Positions 20,492 to 29,515 of a stretch of DNA of 64,000 nucleotides are shown piece by piece. The first letter of the stretch is position 1. Each line of letters begins with the position of its first letter. The notes under the pieces were generated by a model. That model worked only from the letters and a program-made list of their open reading frames with translations, did no database searches and was not told the DNA's origin. The stretch lies in NCBI GenBank assembly GCA_903833275.1, contig CAILEP010000006.1, positions 259,652-323,651 on the forward strand. The letters are read 5' to 3'. Both the position numbers and the translations under genes were made by a program. The DNA comes from an uncultured Bdellovibrionales bacterium. GTDB taxonomy: Bacteria > Bdellovibrionota > Bdellovibrionia > Bdellovibrionales > UBA1609.

Positions 20492-21507
20492 GAACGTTTT
20501 TAATTCTACAGGTTATGTTTATAGTTCTGGCCGCAGCTCTTTCAGCAAAAGCGGCGAGACTAAAAGACATTTGTAATATCCGCGGCGTTCGTTCGAATCA
20601 ACTTGTGGGTTACGGTGTCGTGGTCGGTCTTAACGGTACGGGCGACAGCAAAGCCGAATTCACCAATAACAGTATGAGTCGCATGCTCGATCGCCTTGGC
20701 ATGAAGCTCACCCAAAAAGATATCGCAAGCAAAAATGTGGCAGCCGTTGTGATCACCGCCGAACTTCCGCCTTTTGCGCGTGCAGGCAATAAATTGGATG
20801 TCACAGTGAGTTCAATTGGCGATGCTTCGAGCTTAAAAGGCGGCACGCTTATTCAAACGCCTCTTCGCGCGGCCGATCAGCAAACCTACGCCGTGGCTCA
20901 GGGCTCACTACTTGTTGGTTTTAGTGCGACGGGGGTTCATGAGACTGGTGCGCGTATGCCCGATGGCGCGATGATCGAGCGTGATCTCGGCGGCGATTTC
21001 GCCGCTCGCAATATGTTTCGACTGACTTTGCACAATCCTGATTTTACGACCGCCGCACGGGTTGCGAAAAAAGTCGATTTAGAGTTGGGCGGCAAGTATG
21101 CGACAGCGCTTGATGCTGGCACGATAGATATAATCTCGCCGCCTTCTTATGAGGGCAAAGGCGTTGATCTGCTCGCCACAATAGAAACATTAGACGTCGC
21201 GCCCGACACACAAGCCAAAGTGGTGGTGAACGAGAAAACTGGCACGGTTGTTATCGGCAACGGTGTTAAAATTTCGAAGGTCGCCATTTCACACGGTGAT
21301 ATTTCGTTGAAAGTTGGCGGTGGCGGCGGTGAAGCCGGCGGCAAAAAGACTGAGGGCGATAAACTTATTATTTTAGATGAATCGGCGAGCGTCGGCGACA
21401 TCGTGAAAGCGATCAATCGTCTTGGGGTAGCGCCGAAAGATTTGATTACGATTTTGCAAAGTATAAAGGCGGCCGGGGCATTGCAGGCCGAGTTACAGAT
21501 TTTATAA
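20488..21507 (+). CDS. flgI: flagellar P-ring protein FlgI
   Basis: RLKDICNIRGVRSNQLVGYGVVVGLNGTGD and the C-terminal ILQSIKAAGALQAELQI motifs. Confidence 0.95.
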   Translation: MRTFLILQVMFIVLAAALSAKAARLKDICNIRGVRSNQLVGYGVVVGLNGTGDSKAEFTNNSMSRMLDRLGMKLTQKDIASKNVAAVVITAELPPFARAGNKLDVTVSSIGDASSLKGGTLIQTPLRAADQQTYAVAQGSLLVGFSATGVHETGARMPDGAMIERDLGGDFAARNMFRLTLHNPDFTTAARVAKKVDLELGGKYATALDAGTIDIISPPSYEGKGVDLLATIETLDVAPDTQAKVVVNEKTGTVVIGNGVKISKVAISHGDISLKVGGGGGEAGGKKTEGDKLIILDESASVGDIVKAINRLGVAPKDLITILQSIKAAGALQAELQIL

Positions 21508-21767
21508 TAGTTAACGAGGGATGACACAGGATGTGTTGTTTCTCAGGGGGAGAAGTGAGTTAGAGAGCGTTTGACCATGGATGGTCAAGAGATTCCAGGT
21601 GTCTGGCAGGAGACTTAAGGGCAAATATTCAGTACTGGCCAAGGAATGGCCGACCGATCGTTTGCTGGAAATAAGCGCAGGATGCGCACGGGTTCCTGAC
21701 TCACTTTCCCCATTTTTTTTCGAGCGCCCCCATAATAGACAGCGGAGCTGGGGGTTCGGGCGCCGAA

Positions 21768-22475
21768 ATGAAAGAGAGGCCCATGATGGCCGATATTAAA
21801 ATCCCGCACGGGATACCGATACGACCGAAAATTGATCAAGAAAAGCAAGATGCAAAAATTCGCGATGCGGCCAAATTGTACGAGAAGTATTTTTTGGGCG
21901 AGATGATGAAGGCTATGCGCCAAACCGTGCAACATGCGAACGAGCCCTCGATGGCAGAGAACATTTATTCTGAGCAGCGTGATGCGCAGTATGTTGAGGC
22001 CTGGGGCGATCGCGGTGGGGTCGGTTTTGCCGATCTTATTTACAATCAAGTTCAAGAAAGATTTTTCAACCACGCGCAGGCGCGCCCGCACCCGCATATG
22101 CCAATCCCGATTGAAAAGGGGACGACAATTAAAATCGATCAACCGAAACAGATGGGCATTCCGATTGTTTCGCCTGGCGGTGTGGCCAAACAAAAAGATG
22201 TGAGTTTTCTTTATGAGTGGCAAAATGGGCGATCACCCGAAGCCCGTGACGTGGTGAGCCCGTATGCTGGTGAAGTTATGCAATCGTTTCATGCTGGTGA
22301 CGAGCGCCAAATCGTGAAGTTGGCCCACGACCATGGTCTAGTGTCGACAATAAGTTTTTTGGGTCGAAGCCAAAATCTTCAGCCGGGCGACTCGATTTCG
22401 GCCGGCCAGAAGTTGGGGTCACTTTCACCGCAAGCAATGGGTTTGACGTGGCAAATAAGTGAAGTCGAGTCGTAA
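21768..22475 (+). CDS. flgJ: FlgJ-like rod-binding protein fused to a degenerate LytM/M23-like domain
   Basis: The N-terminal part has the rod-binding motif AAKLYEKYFLGEMMKAMRQT...GFADLIYNQV. The C-terminal part (SPYAGEV...VKLAHDHGLVSTISFLG...LQPGDSISAGQKLGSLS...LTWQI) follows the M23 beta-fold pattern without canonical HxxxD/HxH placement. Confidence 0.7.
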   Translation: MKERPMMADIKIPHGIPIRPKIDQEKQDAKIRDAAKLYEKYFLGEMMKAMRQTVQHANEPSMAENIYSEQRDAQYVEAWGDRGGVGFADLIYNQVQERFFNHAQARPHPHMPIPIEKGTTIKIDQPKQMGIPIVSPGGVAKQKDVSFLYEWQNGRSPEARDVVSPYAGEVMQSFHAGDERQIVKLAHDHGLVSTISFLGRSQNLQPGDSISAGQKLGSLSPQAMGLTWQISEVES

Positions 22476-22578
22476 ACACAGACTGCGATTGCATTGTGTC
22501 ACGACGTCTCAATATGATACGATTTATACTGATAGCGTGTTTGAGTAATTCAGGGCGCATTCATAAGGCGGAGGAGCC

Positions 22579-22890
22579 ATGAAAGTTAATAACAATAGTA
22601 TCAACCCTTCGAAAACTGGTTCGGTTCGTGGCCCCGATGTTGGCAAAACAAAAGGCCGCGACGGCAAGGTTGAAGCCGAAAAAACATTAGCTGACTTGGG
22701 TTCAACAAAAATTGAAATGTCGAAAGATGCGATGGCCATGCAAAAAGCAAAAGCAATTGCGAGCAAAGATGTGTCGGATGATGCCAAAATCGCACGTCTG
22801 CAAAAAATGATTGATGAAGGTAATTACAAAATCGATTCAGAGGCCGTGGCCGATCGATTGGTGGATGAACACTTACTTACGGGCGAGTAA
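22579..22890 (+). CDS. flgM: anti-sigma-28 factor FlgM
   Basis: 103 aa with the C-terminal KIARLQKMIDEGNYKIDSEAVADRLV motif. GGAGGAG RBS. Confidence 0.85.
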   Translation: MKVNNNSINPSKTGSVRGPDVGKTKGRDGKVEAEKTLADLGSTKIEMSKDAMAMQKAKAIASKDVSDDAKIARLQKMIDEGNYKIDSEAVADRLVDEHLLTGE

Positions 22891-22931
22891 GAGCTGTTAA
22901 ACAATAGCCCAAAGAGAGATAGGTTTTACGG

Positions 22932-23444
22932 ATGAAACCTGAGAGTCGCGACAGTTATAATAAGCTCGAAAAGTCACTTGATGAACTTATCAAGGTGTAT
23001 CGGCATATTTTGCAAGTTGTGCGAAATGAACGCGACATCCTCATTTCAGTAAATCTCAATGAATTAAGTGAAAGCAATAAATCGAAAGAAGTGGCGTTTG
23101 TAAAAGCGCGACAACTTGAAGAAGAGCGCCAAGTGGCGGCCAAAGAACTCGCTACCGCTGAAGGCCTTGTTGAAACGACCAAGCTTGTGGAGTTTGCTCG
23201 TCACTTGGGTGGCGAACCCGGTGATCGCTTGCGCAGTCGCCAATCGGTACTCGAATTATTGCTAAAGCGCGTGCGAGAACACAATCAGCATAATGAAATT
23301 TTAGTTAAGTCTGCTTTAGAAAATGTCACAGGGGCGATCGGCTCAATTCGCGATCAGCTTCGAGATAAACCCACATACAAAAAATCAGGGGGGATTGCTG
23401 CACGCCCGGCTGAGTCTGGGCAATTGGTCAGCAAAGAGGTCTAA
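22932..23444 (+). CDS. flgN: FlgN-family flagellar export chaperone
   Basis: 170-aa helical protein between flgM and flgK with FlgN-like heptad composition. Confidence 0.65.
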   Translation: MKPESRDSYNKLEKSLDELIKVYRHILQVVRNERDILISVNLNELSESNKSKEVAFVKARQLEEERQVAAKELATAEGLVETTKLVEFARHLGGEPGDRLRSRQSVLELLLKRVREHNQHNEILVKSALENVTGAIGSIRDQLRDKPTYKKSGGIAARPAESGQLVSKEV

Positions 23445-23516
23445 GGCACGAATTGCGAATCGATCGGACGATTTAACTGAGAAGCTCAAGGATGAGCTTC
23501 GAAGGGTGAGACAGGG

Positions 23517-24941
23517 ATGTCACGAATTTGGGGAATGATGGATACCGGCAAGCGGTCGATGCAGAACAGCCAAACGGCTCTGCAGACCACTGCCCATAAC
23601 GTCTCCAGTAAAAACGTTGAAGGTTTTTCTCGTCAACGCATCGATTTGCAAACCACTGAGCCAACGGGTACCGGTAAACTGCGTATTGGTAATGGCGCAC
23701 GAGCCACGCAGGTCAGTCGAATCAATAACAGTTACATCGAAAAACAAATTGAACGAGAAGGCAATAATTTGGGCAGCAAAGAGGCCCAATCTCAGCTTAT
23801 GTCTCGAGTCGAGCAGGTTTTCAACGAGCAGTCGAACAAGGGCTTTAATAAGTTCATGTCTGACTTTTTTAATGCCTATCGAGAAATGTCGAATAGCCCA
23901 GAAAACTTGGCGCTGCGAAACGTGGTTAAAGAGACCGGCGATTTCTTGGCCCGAGACTTTAAGCGCATCAATGGGCAGCTTGGTCATATTCAAGGTGAGG
24001 CGGACTTTCAAATCGCCACAGAAGTTGCCGAAATTAACAGTATGACTCGCGAGATCGCGACTTTGAACGACAAGATCGCCATGGTCGAGATCAATGGCAT
24101 CACCGCTAACGACGAACGCGATCGCCGTGATCTTCTCTTGAAGAACATGAGCTCGCACATCGATATTCGTTGGGGCGAAAGCAAAGACGGTATTCTAACA
24201 ATCACGGCAGGTAATACGGCGGTTCTTGTCACTGGCAATGAGCAGCGTGACCTATCGGCTGCAGCGTCGGCCGCGCGCGAGGGCAAGCGCTCTGGTAATT
24301 TCGATATCTTCTACAAGGCGACCGAGTCGGGCACGGCTATCGCCATCACCGATCAACTTAAGGGTGGCTCTCTCGGCGGTCTGTTAAATATTCGAGATAA
24401 ATTTATTAACGAAACCCTGGGTCAGGTCGACGAGCTCGCGTACAACTTTGCCAGCGAAGTGAATCGCGCCCACGAGTCGGGCTATGATCGCTATAATAAA
24501 AAGGGCATCGCATTTTTTGAAGTTGCCGGTCGTGATGGCGCCTCTGATGCGATAAAAATTAATGACCGAATTCTTGAAGACCCAGGTCGTATCGTTGCGG
24601 CGGCACAGGCGAACTCACCGGGCGATAACCGAATCGCCAACATCATTTCTTCATTGCCCTATCAGCAGAAGTTGGCCAACGGGCAGAGTACGTTCGATGA
24701 TTTCTATAATAATATTGTTGGTCGCATCGGGGTTACCGCGAGTCGGGCCAATGCCGAATTCGACGCGCAAAAAGATATTGTCGGCCAGCTTAAAAATATT
24801 CGTGAAAGCATTAGCGGTGTCAGCTTAGACGAAGAAACGACTAAAATGATCGAATATCAAAAGTCTTACGAGGCCTCGGCGCGAATTATTAAAGCTGCAG
24901 ACGAGATGATGGACACCGTTTTGAATTTGAAACGTTTGTAA
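23517..24941 (+). CDS. flgK: flagellar hook-associated protein 1 FlgK
   Basis: N-terminal SMQNSQTALQTTAHNVSSKNVEGFSRQR and C-terminal SGVSLDEETTKMIEYQKSYEASARIIKAADEMMDTVLNL. Confidence 0.9.
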   Translation: MSRIWGMMDTGKRSMQNSQTALQTTAHNVSSKNVEGFSRQRIDLQTTEPTGTGKLRIGNGARATQVSRINNSYIEKQIEREGNNLGSKEAQSQLMSRVEQVFNEQSNKGFNKFMSDFFNAYREMSNSPENLALRNVVKETGDFLARDFKRINGQLGHIQGEADFQIATEVAEINSMTREIATLNDKIAMVEINGITANDERDRRDLLLKNMSSHIDIRWGESKDGILTITAGNTAVLVTGNEQRDLSAAASAAREGKRSGNFDIFYKATESGTAIAITDQLKGGSLGGLLNIRDKFINETLGQVDELAYNFASEVNRAHESGYDRYNKKGIAFFEVAGRDGASDAIKINDRILEDPGRIVAAAQANSPGDNRIANIISSLPYQQKLANGQSTFDDFYNNIVGRIGVTASRANAEFDAQKDIVGQLKNIRESISGVSLDEETTKMIEYQKSYEASARIIKAADEMMDTVLNLKRL

Positions 24942-24966
24942 TGATGAACTCTTTAGGGATTAGAAG

Positions 24967-26142
24967 ATGAGAATCGCGGACAAAATGGCCTACGAACAAG
25001 TGAATCGGTCGATCACCAAGAATCGCACCGAGATGGCCAATTTGCAAAACCAAGCGGCGACTCAAAAAAGAGTTACGCGGCCATCAGATGACCCTATTTC
25101 TGCAGCGCGGGTTTTGGGTGAGCGAGTCGATTTGCGCGGCAACGAGCAGTATATTAAAAATTTAAATTACGCGAAGAGCTTTCTCGACTATTCGGAGCAA
25201 TCTCTTGGCGATCTTTCAGATATTATCGTGCGTGCCAAAGATCTCACCCTCAGTCAGTCCAACGACGCGAGTGCCAATGCGCAAACCAGAAGAAGCGTGG
25301 CCGAAGAGATTAAGCAGCTCAGAGAGCACGCCATTCAGGTCGGTAACCGTAAGCTCGGCGAAAGATTTATATTCGCCGGTTACAAGACCATGACGTCGCC
25401 CTTCGAAGATGATGGTTCGTATAGTGGTGATGACGGCGAATTGAAGATTCACATCGACAAAGATTCTTTTTTACCAATGAACATGCCGGGCTCATTTATT
25501 TTTGAAGGTAAGGGTCTTTCTAAAGATGGATTCACCCACCATGCCGCGAACCAGCCCAAGACGGTTGAGGACCTCCAAGACCAACGAAAAGAACGGCCGG
25601 GCGAGTTTAAAAACAATCCGAATTTTGCACAGGCGCGCCAGGCACGAATCAATGCCCAAGGCGAAGCGAGCAATGCAAAGAGCGAGGCGAGCAGCCCAGG
25701 CAAGAGCGGTGGGGCCATGCGCGGGCCGGCCTCAGTTAGAATCACCGATCAAAGTTTACCTGTTCAGGTTTCGGAGAGTGCCAAAGACGGCAAGTTTTAT
25801 GAGGGCATAAATCTCTTTGATGCATTGAAGAAACTTGAAATCTCATTGACCACAAACGACAAGACCGGGATCCAGGACTCTATCGATCGCATGGATGATG
25901 GTCTTCAGCAGGTCGTGGTCGCTCGTTCAGCCCTTGGTTCAAGAGTGTCGACGATTGATAGCACGCTCAATGCCATGTCAGCCAAGGTTGTGGACAGCCG
26001 ACAGGCCATCTCATCACTTGAGGACGTTGATACGTTTGAGGTCATCAGTGACATGAACCGCACGGAGAGCGCTCTTCACGGTGCTCTGCAAACGTCCGGC
26101 AAATTGATGCAAAAGAGCCTAATGGACTTTGTCCAGATCTAA
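24967..26142 (+). CDS. flgL: flagellar hook-associated protein 3 FlgL
   Basis: Flagellin-like termini (RITKNRTEMANLQNQAATQKRV...; ...LEDVDTFEVISDMNRTESALHGALQTSGKLMQKSLMDF). Low-complexity central insert. Confidence 0.85.
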   Translation: MRIADKMAYEQVNRSITKNRTEMANLQNQAATQKRVTRPSDDPISAARVLGERVDLRGNEQYIKNLNYAKSFLDYSEQSLGDLSDIIVRAKDLTLSQSNDASANAQTRRSVAEEIKQLREHAIQVGNRKLGERFIFAGYKTMTSPFEDDGSYSGDDGELKIHIDKDSFLPMNMPGSFIFEGKGLSKDGFTHHAANQPKTVEDLQDQRKERPGEFKNNPNFAQARQARINAQGEASNAKSEASSPGKSGGAMRGPASVRITDQSLPVQVSESAKDGKFYEGINLFDALKKLEISLTTNDKTGIQDSIDRMDDGLQQVVVARSALGSRVSTIDSTLNAMSAKVVDSRQAISSLEDVDTFEVISDMNRTESALHGALQTSGKLMQKSLMDFVQI

Positions 26143-26210
26143 TTCGATAACGTTTTGCCAAACCTTTAGTTTAGTAATTGGCGTTGACATTCGTTCTTCG
26201 AAATAATAGC

Positions 26211-26238
26211 TAAAGCTCTCGAAATGGACCGCCGTTAA
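26211..26238 (+). promoter_or_regulatory. sigma-28 (FliA)-type promoter upstream of csrA-fliW
   Basis: TAAA-N16-GCCGTTAA, compared with the consensus TAAA-N15-GCCGATAA. About 48 nt upstream of the csrA ATG. Confidence 0.5.
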
Positions 26239-26285
26239 GGTCATACGAGTAGTCTTTGACTAGGATGTTGAAGGAGACCTTTCTA

Positions 26286-26525
26286 ATGTTAGTTTTGACA
26301 CGAAAATTGGGCGAGAGTATCACGATCGATGACAATATTAAGATTCGCATCGAGAAAATCCGTGGAAAACAGGTCCGCCTAGGCATAGAAGCCCCAAAAG
26401 AAACGCGTATTTACCGCGAAGAAGTCTATCAAGCGATCAAGCAGCAGAACGAGGACGCCTCTCAGGCTAAGCCCGATTCTACACGCGCCGTGGCAAGACT
26501 CCTAAAGCCTGAATCTGGATCTTAA
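26286..26525 (+). CDS. csrA: carbon storage / translational regulator CsrA
   Basis: MLVLTRKLGESITIDDNIKIRIEKIRGKQVRLGIEAPKETRIYREEVY. GAAGGAG RBS. Confidence 0.95.
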   Translation: MLVLTRKLGESITIDDNIKIRIEKIRGKQVRLGIEAPKETRIYREEVYQAIKQQNEDASQAKPDSTRAVARLLKPESGS

Positions 26526-26607
26526 TCTAATAATTTTTAAAAAATTTACCTTCTCAGGGCTTGCGGTGTCTTTATTTTAAAGGCATCCTCGTTATGTTAG
26601 GGGGGAC

Positions 26608-27135
26608 ATGAAAATCATCACGACGCGGTTTGGTGAGCTAGAAGTTACGCCAGACGACATGTTGGAGTTCGCTGAAGGTCTATTAGGCTTTGGCCATTTG
26701 CGTCGCTTTGTTCTTCTTGACGACCCCAATGACGATATTTTTGCCTGGTTACAAAGCTGCGAAAGCCCCGAAATTGCTTTTCCGGTTCTTGAGCCCGAAC
26801 TTTTTTCGCCGTTATACCAAATCGATCTTTCAAAAACTGATCTCGAAGCACTCAAAATTGCTTCAGCAAAAGAAGCTAGGCTTCTGACTATTATCACAAT
26901 CCCGATGGACCCAACGTTAATGACGGCCAATTTAAAAGCGCCGATTGTTATCAATTCGAAAAAACGCACGGCACGCCAAGTTGTTCTTCAAGACAACGCT
27001 TTGCCGATTCGCGAGCCGATTTTTGCAAAACTACAGCAGCGAGTGGTGCAAAACCCGAATGCGGCTTTCAAGACTCAAGCCCAAGATATTGGCGCCGTTC
27101 GCATTGAGCGACGGACTCCAGAATTAGAAGTCTAG
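26608..27135 (+). CDS. fliW: flagellar assembly factor FliW (CsrA antagonist)
   Basis: MKIITTRFGELEVTPDDMLEFAEGLLGFGHLRRFVLL...ANLKAPIVIN motifs. Confidence 0.9.
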   Translation: MKIITTRFGELEVTPDDMLEFAEGLLGFGHLRRFVLLDDPNDDIFAWLQSCESPEIAFPVLEPELFSPLYQIDLSKTDLEALKIASAKEARLLTIITIPMDPTLMTANLKAPIVINSKKRTARQVVLQDNALPIREPIFAKLQQRVVQNPNAAFKTQAQDIGAVRIERRTPELEV

Positions 27136-27245
27136 GCCTGTTAAGTCTCAAAATGCCTCAACCGAATATAACATTGTAATAATTTGAGCCATGATGGCTC
27201 TTATATCTTTCGATCGCGCCAGGACGGCCAGCTTCACTTAAGAGG

Positions 27246-27806
27246 ATGACTATGTTCATTGGCCGTATCTTATCTTTCGCATTATTAGTTAATATTTTAC
27301 TCGCGCAAAATTCTTTTGCTAAAGACGTGACCGTGTTTGATGTTCGGCGCCCATTGGCGATGGAAAACGATCAGACCCCGCCCAAAGATTATTATATTAA
27401 TGCTGGCACAAACGATGGGCTTCGGGTGGGTGTAATTCTCACGGTGTATCGCCGCCAAACGCTTTATGATGTTTATCAAAATAAATCGCCCGGGGATTTA
27501 ATTGTTGCGGTTGGCGAGCTGAGAATCATTCACGTACAGGGTGAAATCAGTGTGGCGCGCCTCGAAAAACTACACACCCACGACGACTATCCAAATGTTG
27601 ATTTCGACGCGATCATGGTTGGCGACAAGGCCGACCTCGGCTCGGCTCGTATGGCCCCACGAAAAACCGCCTCTCTCACAGAGGGTTTGCCGATCGATAT
27701 CAAGGCGGGTTCGCCCAGTGCGCCGTCGACGTCGCCAGGCCTAACCGGCTCTAAAGATTTTTCATCGGTCAGCCCCACGCCGGTCTCAACTAGCGCACCC
27801 CTCTAG
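27246..27806 (+). CDS. secreted hypothetical protein (beta-rich core, Ser/Pro/Thr-rich tail)
   Basis: Signal peptide ending NSFA-KD and a GTNDGLRVGVILTVYRR...GELRIIHVQGEISVARL...VGDKADL pattern. No family recognised. Confidence 0.6.
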   Translation: MTMFIGRILSFALLVNILLAQNSFAKDVTVFDVRRPLAMENDQTPPKDYYINAGTNDGLRVGVILTVYRRQTLYDVYQNKSPGDLIVAVGELRIIHVQGEISVARLEKLHTHDDYPNVDFDAIMVGDKADLGSARMAPRKTASLTEGLPIDIKAGSPSAPSTSPGLTGSKDFSSVSPTPVSTSAPL

Positions 27807-27828
27807 AGTGTGATAGTCACTGCGGTCA

Positions 27829-28728
27829 ATGAAGACCGATCAGTACTTTGTAATCACCGCTAAAAATTTAACTGAGCTCGAAGCCGAGCTCTTGGCCGCT
27901 GATGCGTTTGAAAACGGCGCAGCCGGCACCGAAGAGCAATTGTCTTTCGAACAAAAAAATCGTGAATACGAACCCGTTACTTTAAGCAAAGAGCGTACGG
28001 CGCTTAAAATCTATTTTGAAGTGGCGCCGTCTCTTGAGTGGTTTGAGCAGTTGCGCGGGGCCTACCCCGAGGCCCAATTTGAACTTCAGTCAGAAAAGAA
28101 TCAAGACTGGCTCGCTGAATGGAAGAAAGGCTTTAACCCCTTCGAGTTGGCCAGCGGGGTTTGGATCGTACCGAGTTGGTGTGAGGCCCCTAAAGAGGCA
28201 AAGCAGGTGATTCGAATCGACCCCGGTATGGCATTCGGCACCGGGACACACGAGACCACCCGCCTTGCTTCACAATTTATTGGTCGCCACGCGCAAAGCA
28301 TTTTGGGCGGTGGCCATCGTAGCGCGCTGGACGTCGGCACCGGCACGGGGATCTTGGCTTTTCTCGCCGAGCTGCTCGGGTTTCAAACAATTTTAGCCAA
28401 TGATATCGACCCTGAAGCGCGTCGGGTGGCGCGCGAAAATCTAGCGCTCAATACTTTCAAGAAAGTGCGAATTATCGATGAAGACCTAAATAAAATCCCA
28501 GGCGCTTTTGGCTTGGTGATTGCCAACATTATTGATGGCGTGTTGGTGCGGTTGCAAAATGAACTGAAGCCAAGAGTGGGCGCCAATGGCTACCTGCTTT
28601 TGACCGGCATTCTCGAAGAGCGCGAGGCGATTTTCTTAAGCGAGTTTTCGTTTGCGGGTTTTCGCCTCGTCGAGCGCACCCAACTCGGGGAGTGGGTCGG
28701 GTTCTTGCTTCAGAAAGAGGAAAGCTAA
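27829..28728 (+). CDS. prmA: ribosomal protein L11 methyltransferase
   Basis: IDPGMAFGTGTHETTRL and LDVGTGTGILA motifs. Confidence 0.9.
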   Translation: MKTDQYFVITAKNLTELEAELLAADAFENGAAGTEEQLSFEQKNREYEPVTLSKERTALKIYFEVAPSLEWFEQLRGAYPEAQFELQSEKNQDWLAEWKKGFNPFELASGVWIVPSWCEAPKEAKQVIRIDPGMAFGTGTHETTRLASQFIGRHAQSILGGGHRSALDVGTGTGILAFLAELLGFQTILANDIDPEARRVARENLALNTFKKVRIIDEDLNKIPGAFGLVIANIIDGVLVRLQNELKPRVGANGYLLLTGILEEREAIFLSEFSFAGFRLVERTQLGEWVGFLLQKEES

Positions 28729-28730
28729 AA

Positions 28731-29492
28731 ATGCGACGAATTTGGTTAGACCTCGGCGGCCGTTTACCGGCTGATATTTCTGATGGTGAAACTCTCAAAC
28801 TTTCAGACGAGGCGTTTCATCACGCCATAAAAGTTTCGCGTCTTGAACTGGGTGAGCGATTTGAAAGCATTACGGGCCATGACATTTTGCTGCAGCTTGA
28901 GATCATGCAAATCGACAAAAAATCGGCCTTAGTTAAAGTGGTGGGCCGTCGAATGCTGCCCGCATTGCGCGGGCCTGAGGTTCATTTGGCAGTGAGCCTT
29001 TGCAAATGGGATGCTTTTGATTGGATCATAGAGAAATCTGTTGAGCTGGGAGTGAGCTCAATCCAGCCCATTATTTCTCAAAATAGCTTCATTAAACGCG
29101 TGGATGAGATTTCGCCGGCGCGCCGGCAGCGTTGGCAAAAAACCGTTGAGTCGGCCACAACCCAATCGGTCAGAGGTTCGCTAATGCGAATTGAGCCGCC
29201 GGTTGGCCTGTACGATTTCATTAAGAAAATTAACCAAGACCCCTCGATTAAGTGTCTGTTTGCTTATGAGGGTGCGAGAAAAGTCGACCTTAAAGCGGGC
29301 CTCAAAAATATCATGGTAGGCAAACCTCGCGCGGTTTGGGCGCTGGTTGGGTCTGAGGGTGGTTTTAGTGCTGCTGAAGCTGAAGAGATTCAAAGACAAG
29401 GGTTTGAGCCCCTGACCATGGGTGATCAGATTTTGAGAGTCGAAACGGCTTGCATAGCCCTCATGAGCATCATAAAATACGAGCTCAATTAA
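28731..29492 (+). CDS. rsmE: 16S rRNA (uracil1498-N3)-methyltransferase
   Basis: MRRIWLD N-terminus, HHAIKVSRL, GSEGGFSAAE, and LRVETA near the C-terminus. Confidence 0.85.
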   Translation: MRRIWLDLGGRLPADISDGETLKLSDEAFHHAIKVSRLELGERFESITGHDILLQLEIMQIDKKSALVKVVGRRMLPALRGPEVHLAVSLCKWDAFDWIIEKSVELGVSSIQPIISQNSFIKRVDEISPARRQRWQKTVESATTQSVRGSLMRIEPPVGLYDFIKKINQDPSIKCLFAYEGARKVDLKAGLKNIMVGKPRAVWALVGSEGGFSAAEAEEIQRQGFEPLTMGDQILRVETACIALMSIIKYELN

Positions 29493-29515
29493 TTCGAGTT
29501 CTGGGGGACGAAAAA

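Noticed and set aside
21615-22223. 202-aa minus-strand ORF spanning the flgI-flgJ gap and the 5' half of the flgJ-like gene
   Set aside because: It is antisense to a well-supported flagellar gene. It has an Arg/Leu/His-rich composition typical of shadow ORFs, no RBS and no recognisable domain.
23448-23462. GGCACGAATTGC, a sigma-54-like sequence upstream of flgK
   Set aside because: The spacing between GG and GC is 8 nt rather than the required 10, so it is not a functional -24/-12 element.
23520-24158. 212-aa minus-strand ORF
   Set aside because: It lies entirely antisense within flgK, so it is a shadow frame of a strongly supported gene.
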